Source: Glaucostegus cemiculus (Eukaryota). From it: a stretch of DNA of 64,000 nucleotides. How positions within the stretch are numbered: the first letter of the stretch is position 1; the number at the start of each line of letters is the position of its first letter. Below are positions 61,698-64,000 of this stretch, piece after piece. The notes under the pieces were generated by a model. That model had not been told where the DNA came from. It was given only the letters and a program-made list of their open reading frames with translations, and searched no databases. The position numbers and the translations under genes were made by a program. Location: contig CDPCPM010000317.1 of NCBI GenBank assembly GCA_976551045.1, forward strand, positions 3,162,001 to 3,226,000, in the 5' to 3' direction.

Positions 61698-61718
61698 TTC
61701 AGCACGACGGTCAGTTCC
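61698..61718 (+). promoter_or_regulatory. RE1/NRSE (REST binding site) 2
   Basis: TTCAGCACGACGGTCAGTTCC: 17/21 identity to consensus, one base different from site 1. Confidence 0.7.
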
Positions 61719-63244
61719 TGACTCCCGCTCACGACCTCTCTCTCCAGCGGCACTTGCAAAGACTCCGGCTCCCGGCCAAGAGCTCCAGACGCCGGGCAGC
61801 CCCAAGGCTGGCGATCCTTGTCCTTGGCGGTACACGGCGCTAGAAAGAACGGGCTTCCTGAACCGCTCGCCGAGACTCCAAGAGAAGTCTTTCGCTCAGG
61901 AAGGTTGCAGTAAGCTGGAGGGGAACCAGAGGCATCCTCACTGGCAGTGTAGGGTGGACCCGGGGCTCAGCACAGCCCAATGTGGGCTCAGGCAGGCTCC
62001 ACACTCCCTCACTGCCCCCCAGACACACCAGACACACAAACCGCTCCCGCTGTCCTTGCAGAGGCTGGGGGCTATCCAGATGTTTGCCTTTCACGGAGCC
62101 CGTCGCAAACCCACAGATCCCACAGCTGCAACAACATCTGGAACAGCGGCTCTCCCCCCGCGCTGGTCGCTTCCCCTTAAATAAATCCCGGCTACATCAG
62201 TTCCGATCTGGGAAGTGAGAGTCTCCACATCCTCTGCCCGAGTGGAGCGTGAAAATACGAATGCAGCCTGCTGACGGTAACTAGCCCTGTCTCCCCCTAT
62301 CTTTCCCCCTCTCACTGAGACCACCCGATATATCCACACAGAAAGACACACAGGTAGACAAAAAAAAAAGAAATAAAAGATCAAGCTTGCCTGGTTTGAA
62401 AGACTGAGGAAAGAGGTTTAATCTGCAGCATCGAATCACACAGGCAGCTCGCTGTGGGAGTGACGGAGCGCCACATGCATATGAATGAGAGCACACGTGT
62501 GTGAACGCGGAGAGAGTCAGGCCAAGCACCCTCGTCTGGAACAAGCACATAGACGGAGTCAACGTAGATTGGATTACCCGTGTTTCACTGACCCTGTCCC
62601 CCGCAGGTTCTCCATATCCCCCCTCGCTCAAAGTCTTGTCTCCCAGCTCACACCCTTCACCCAGTCAGGTCGCCTGTCTGGGTCCCCAGGAACTTGGAGG
62701 AGGCTAGGTTACTCGTGAGGGTTTGCAGTCCTTCCAGGATGGTCTGTTTCTGCAGTAGAGTTTGACTGAGGACACCAGGCAAATGCTAGATACGTGCCAG
62801 TCCCGTCCATAATCCTTGCAACAGATGCTCTCAGTTAGTCAGGTTTCCAACTTTATCTACCAGTTATGAGGCTTCTGACCAGAGGAGGGCAGTTCCTACA
62901 CCTTCTGAGCTTGTCCTTGACTCCAGATCCACTGGGTAAAGGTGAGGATTGGGATTGAAAAGCTAAGGAACCAACTCGCTCTTTCTCACTCAGGCTGAAC
63001 TCTGACAAAAGCCACCACTCAACTCCTGGCCCTGTCACCAGGTAAAGCAGTCCACCGAAGAGCAAACGTGGAACCAGATGCTTTGGGAGAACCTTGAAGC
63101 TAATTATCAGTAATCTAGTGATATTAGTGGTAAATTAGGATTCTTTTCATACAGAGAAAGTATCAAACAAAAGGTTGACCCAAACAGCTTGGAAACATAG
63201 TGGTCCACAGTCTACAGTGGTACAACCAGAAGCCCTGACACATC

Positions 63245-64000
63245 AACAGAGTCAGAGTTATACAGCACAGAATCAAGCCCTTCAGTCCAATTTGCCAACT
63301 AGATTGCATGCCTGAGCTCATTCCATTTGCCCATGTTTGGCCCATAGCCATCTAGACCTTTGTTATCAATGCACCTGTCTAAATGTCTTTTAAATGTTGT
63401 AATTTTACCTGCCTAAACCAATTCTTCCGGCAGTTCATTCCATACACCCACCACCCTCTGTGTGAAAAAGTTGCCCCTCAGGTCCTTTCTAATTCTTTCC
63501 CTTCTCAATTTAACCCTGTGCCCTCTATTTTAGACTCCTCTGCCCTGCGAAAAAGACTGACCATTTACCTTATCTATAACCCTCATGATGTTATAAACAT
63601 CTGTAAGGTCACCCCTCAGCCTCCTTTGCTTCAGGGAAAAAGTCCCAGCCAATCCAGCCTCTCCTTATAAGACAAGCACCCAATCCCAGTAACATCCTCA
63701 TGAATCTTTTCTGTGCCCTTTCCAGCTGACATCCTCCCTATAGCTGGGTGACTGGATCTGCACACAATATTCTAAGTGTAGTCTCACCAGCAACTTGTAC
63801 AGTTGTGACATGACATTCAAAACCTTGTACTCAGTGCCCTGACTGATGAAGGCTAGCATGCCAAACATCCTATCTACCTTTGCCTCCACTTTCAGGGAAC
63901 TACATGCTTATACCCCCCGGATCTTTCTGTTCTACAACACACTCCAGGTCCTTCCCATTCACTGTGCAAGTCTTTCCCTGGTGTAACTTACCAGATTGCA
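63245..64000 (-). mobile_element. CR1 LINE 3' end running off the window
   Basis: ORF 63698-63889 (LYKLLVRLHLEYCVQ); tail acagagtcagagttatacagcacagaatcaagcccttc. Confidence 0.9.

Larger units (their letters stand above)
61375..61850 (-). other. Putative first exon (5' UTR) of an unidentified minus-strand gene; 5' boundary uncertain
   Basis: Donor GCAAAG|GTAAAA at 61375/61374 at the edge of the CpG-rich island. It contains a 9-codon uORF (61429-61400) and an ATG at 61390 (MFLCK, phase 1). No downstream exon was recognised. Confidence 0.45.
61500..62700. promoter_or_regulatory. CpG-rich, repeat-free promoter-like island
   Basis: GC and CpG content are visibly higher than in the CpG-depleted remainder; no retroelement fragments; TATA-like words at 61592 (tatataa) and 62177 (ttaaataaa). 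Confidence 0.7.

Noticed and set aside
61651-62184. 177-aa protein-coding ORF
   Set aside because: Low-complexity Ser/Pro/Arg/Ala frame typical of GC-rich islands, with no recognisable domain and overlapping ORFs on both strands.
61375-62300. Assigning a gene symbol to the promoter
   Set aside because: Neither MFLCK nor MQPAD nor the UTR-like sequence was recognised with any confidence.
1-64000. Prokaryotic operon, defence system or phage
   Set aside because: No gene-dense coding structure; the DNA is CpG-depleted and dominated by vertebrate LINEs and SINEs.

Overview
This is eukaryotic, not prokaryotic, DNA. It is repeat-rich, non-coding vertebrate sequence whose repeats (HE1/V-SINEs, HER1/CR1-type LINEs, Rex1/Babar LINE, Penelope-type termini) point to a cartilaginous fish, probably a ray or sawfish (inference). 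I recognise no host protein-coding exon. Almost all track ORFs are retroelement fragments, tandem-repeat translations or chance frames. The clearest host feature is a CpG-rich promoter-like island at about 61.4-62.7 kb with two tandem RE1/NRSE (REST) sites and a minus-strand 5' splice site at 61375/61374, so the rest of the window may be the first intron (over 61 kb) of a neuronal gene. Other notable structure: three solo LTRs of one family, each with its own 5-bp TSD; a three-level LINE nest whose L1 has a 97-bp target duplication; Penelope-type termini with minimal hammerhead ribozyme motifs, two forming a ~480-bp palindrome; V-SINEs sharing a head but with two LINE-derived tails; minisatellites apparently seeded from SINE/LINE segments; and a possible old endogenous retrovirus remnant at 22.8-26.2 kb. 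Everything was read by eye without database searches. Repeat family names are from recollection, and boundaries of old repeats are approximate.
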